Assembly: GCF_021028975.2 (NCBI RefSeq)
Contig: NC_059429.1
Span: 24,676,001-24,740,000 of the forward strand
Source of the DNA: Sphaerodactylus townsendi
Lineage: Eukaryota
Reading direction: 5' to 3'
DNA length: 64,000 nucleotides
The notes under the pieces were generated by a model. The model searched no databases. It worked only from the letters and a program-made list of their open reading frames with translations, and was not told where the DNA came from. The position numbers and the translations under genes are program-made. Position 1 is the stretch's first letter; each line of letters starts with the position of its first letter. Positions 63,400 through 64,000 of this stretch are shown in pieces.

Positions 63400-63930
63400 T
63401 GGTCAACTCCTTGCCACAGTTAGCCACACTCTTATCAAAGATAAAGTAACGCAAGTCACTGTATGCAAGGGCTGCCTTTGAAGACTGTTTTGGAAATATC
63501 AGCCAGTACAGAACACGACAGCCAGAATGTTTAGCCAGGACTTGTTGATCTGAGTGTATTTGTTGATATTAAGACCTTTACTGAAATCCAATCTATTTCT
63601 GTGTGCAATTCATAGTTCTTCTTTTGTTCTATAAAGTTTTTAAACAGCCAAACACCTTGGTACTTTGAGACTGCTTTCTACACTATAAACCCACCGGTTT
63701 ATATAAACTCATCCTTGGAAGCCCTAATTTGTATTCAGTGGTTAGGTGGATGGTAGCCTGTTTATGAGATGCCCTCTCCATAGAGACATTCACTCTCTTA
63801 CAGTTTTGACACTGCTTAAAATAATTCTTACAGGCTTTTGATGGTTTGTGCCGTTTATGCTGTTGTTTGGACTTTATATTGCTTTTATGGTATTCTGGAT
63901 TTCTTTTAAAATCAGTTATTTATTAGTAGT
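63400..63930 (+). mobile_element. Degraded L2 LINE 3' fragment; other L2 ends at ~43900-44155(+) and ~50145-50500(-)
   Basis: gggctgcctttgaagact...cagccagtacagaacacgacagccaga corresponds to the L2 GLP..LQ.VQN.AAR motif. Confidence 0.55.
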
Positions 63931-64000
63931 TGGAGGCCTATGAGCACAAAGAGCTCAGCAGAAGTAGCTCAGAAGTGGGATAACTGTTTGAGAGAGGGGT

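Noticed and set aside
54400-64000. DNM3, the next syntenic gene in human
   Set aside because: No MGNR.MEELIP-type exon or large CpG island in the window.

Overview
Vertebrate genomic DNA, almost certainly a squamate reptile and probably a gecko, judged from Sauria/Squam-type SINEs, CR1, L2, Rex1 and RTEX-like LINEs, hAT and Harbinger MITEs and Penelope fragments. Four spliced protein-coding genes were reconstructed by hand, with GT-AG junctions and consistent reading phases. They are MYOC exons 1-2 (minus strand; exon 3 lies left of the window), complete VAMP4 (minus, 141 aa), complete ITPA (minus, 199 aa) and complete METTL13/EEF1AKNMT (plus, 698 aa). ITPA and METTL13 are head-to-head on a ~320 bp promoter with four mirror-symmetric CCAAT boxes. 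Two young 5'-truncated LINEs keep long open ORFs: a CR1 in ITPA intron 6 and an RTEX-like element with a 15-bp TSD at ~60-63 kb. The most unusual signal is five short Penelope-derived inverted-repeat inserts, three with clear TSDs. Three carry an intact minimal type I hammerhead ribozyme core. One sits sense to VAMP4, 1.3 kb after its stop codon, where the inversion extends ribozyme stem I to about 50 bp. Repeat family names come from motif recognition, not from database searches.
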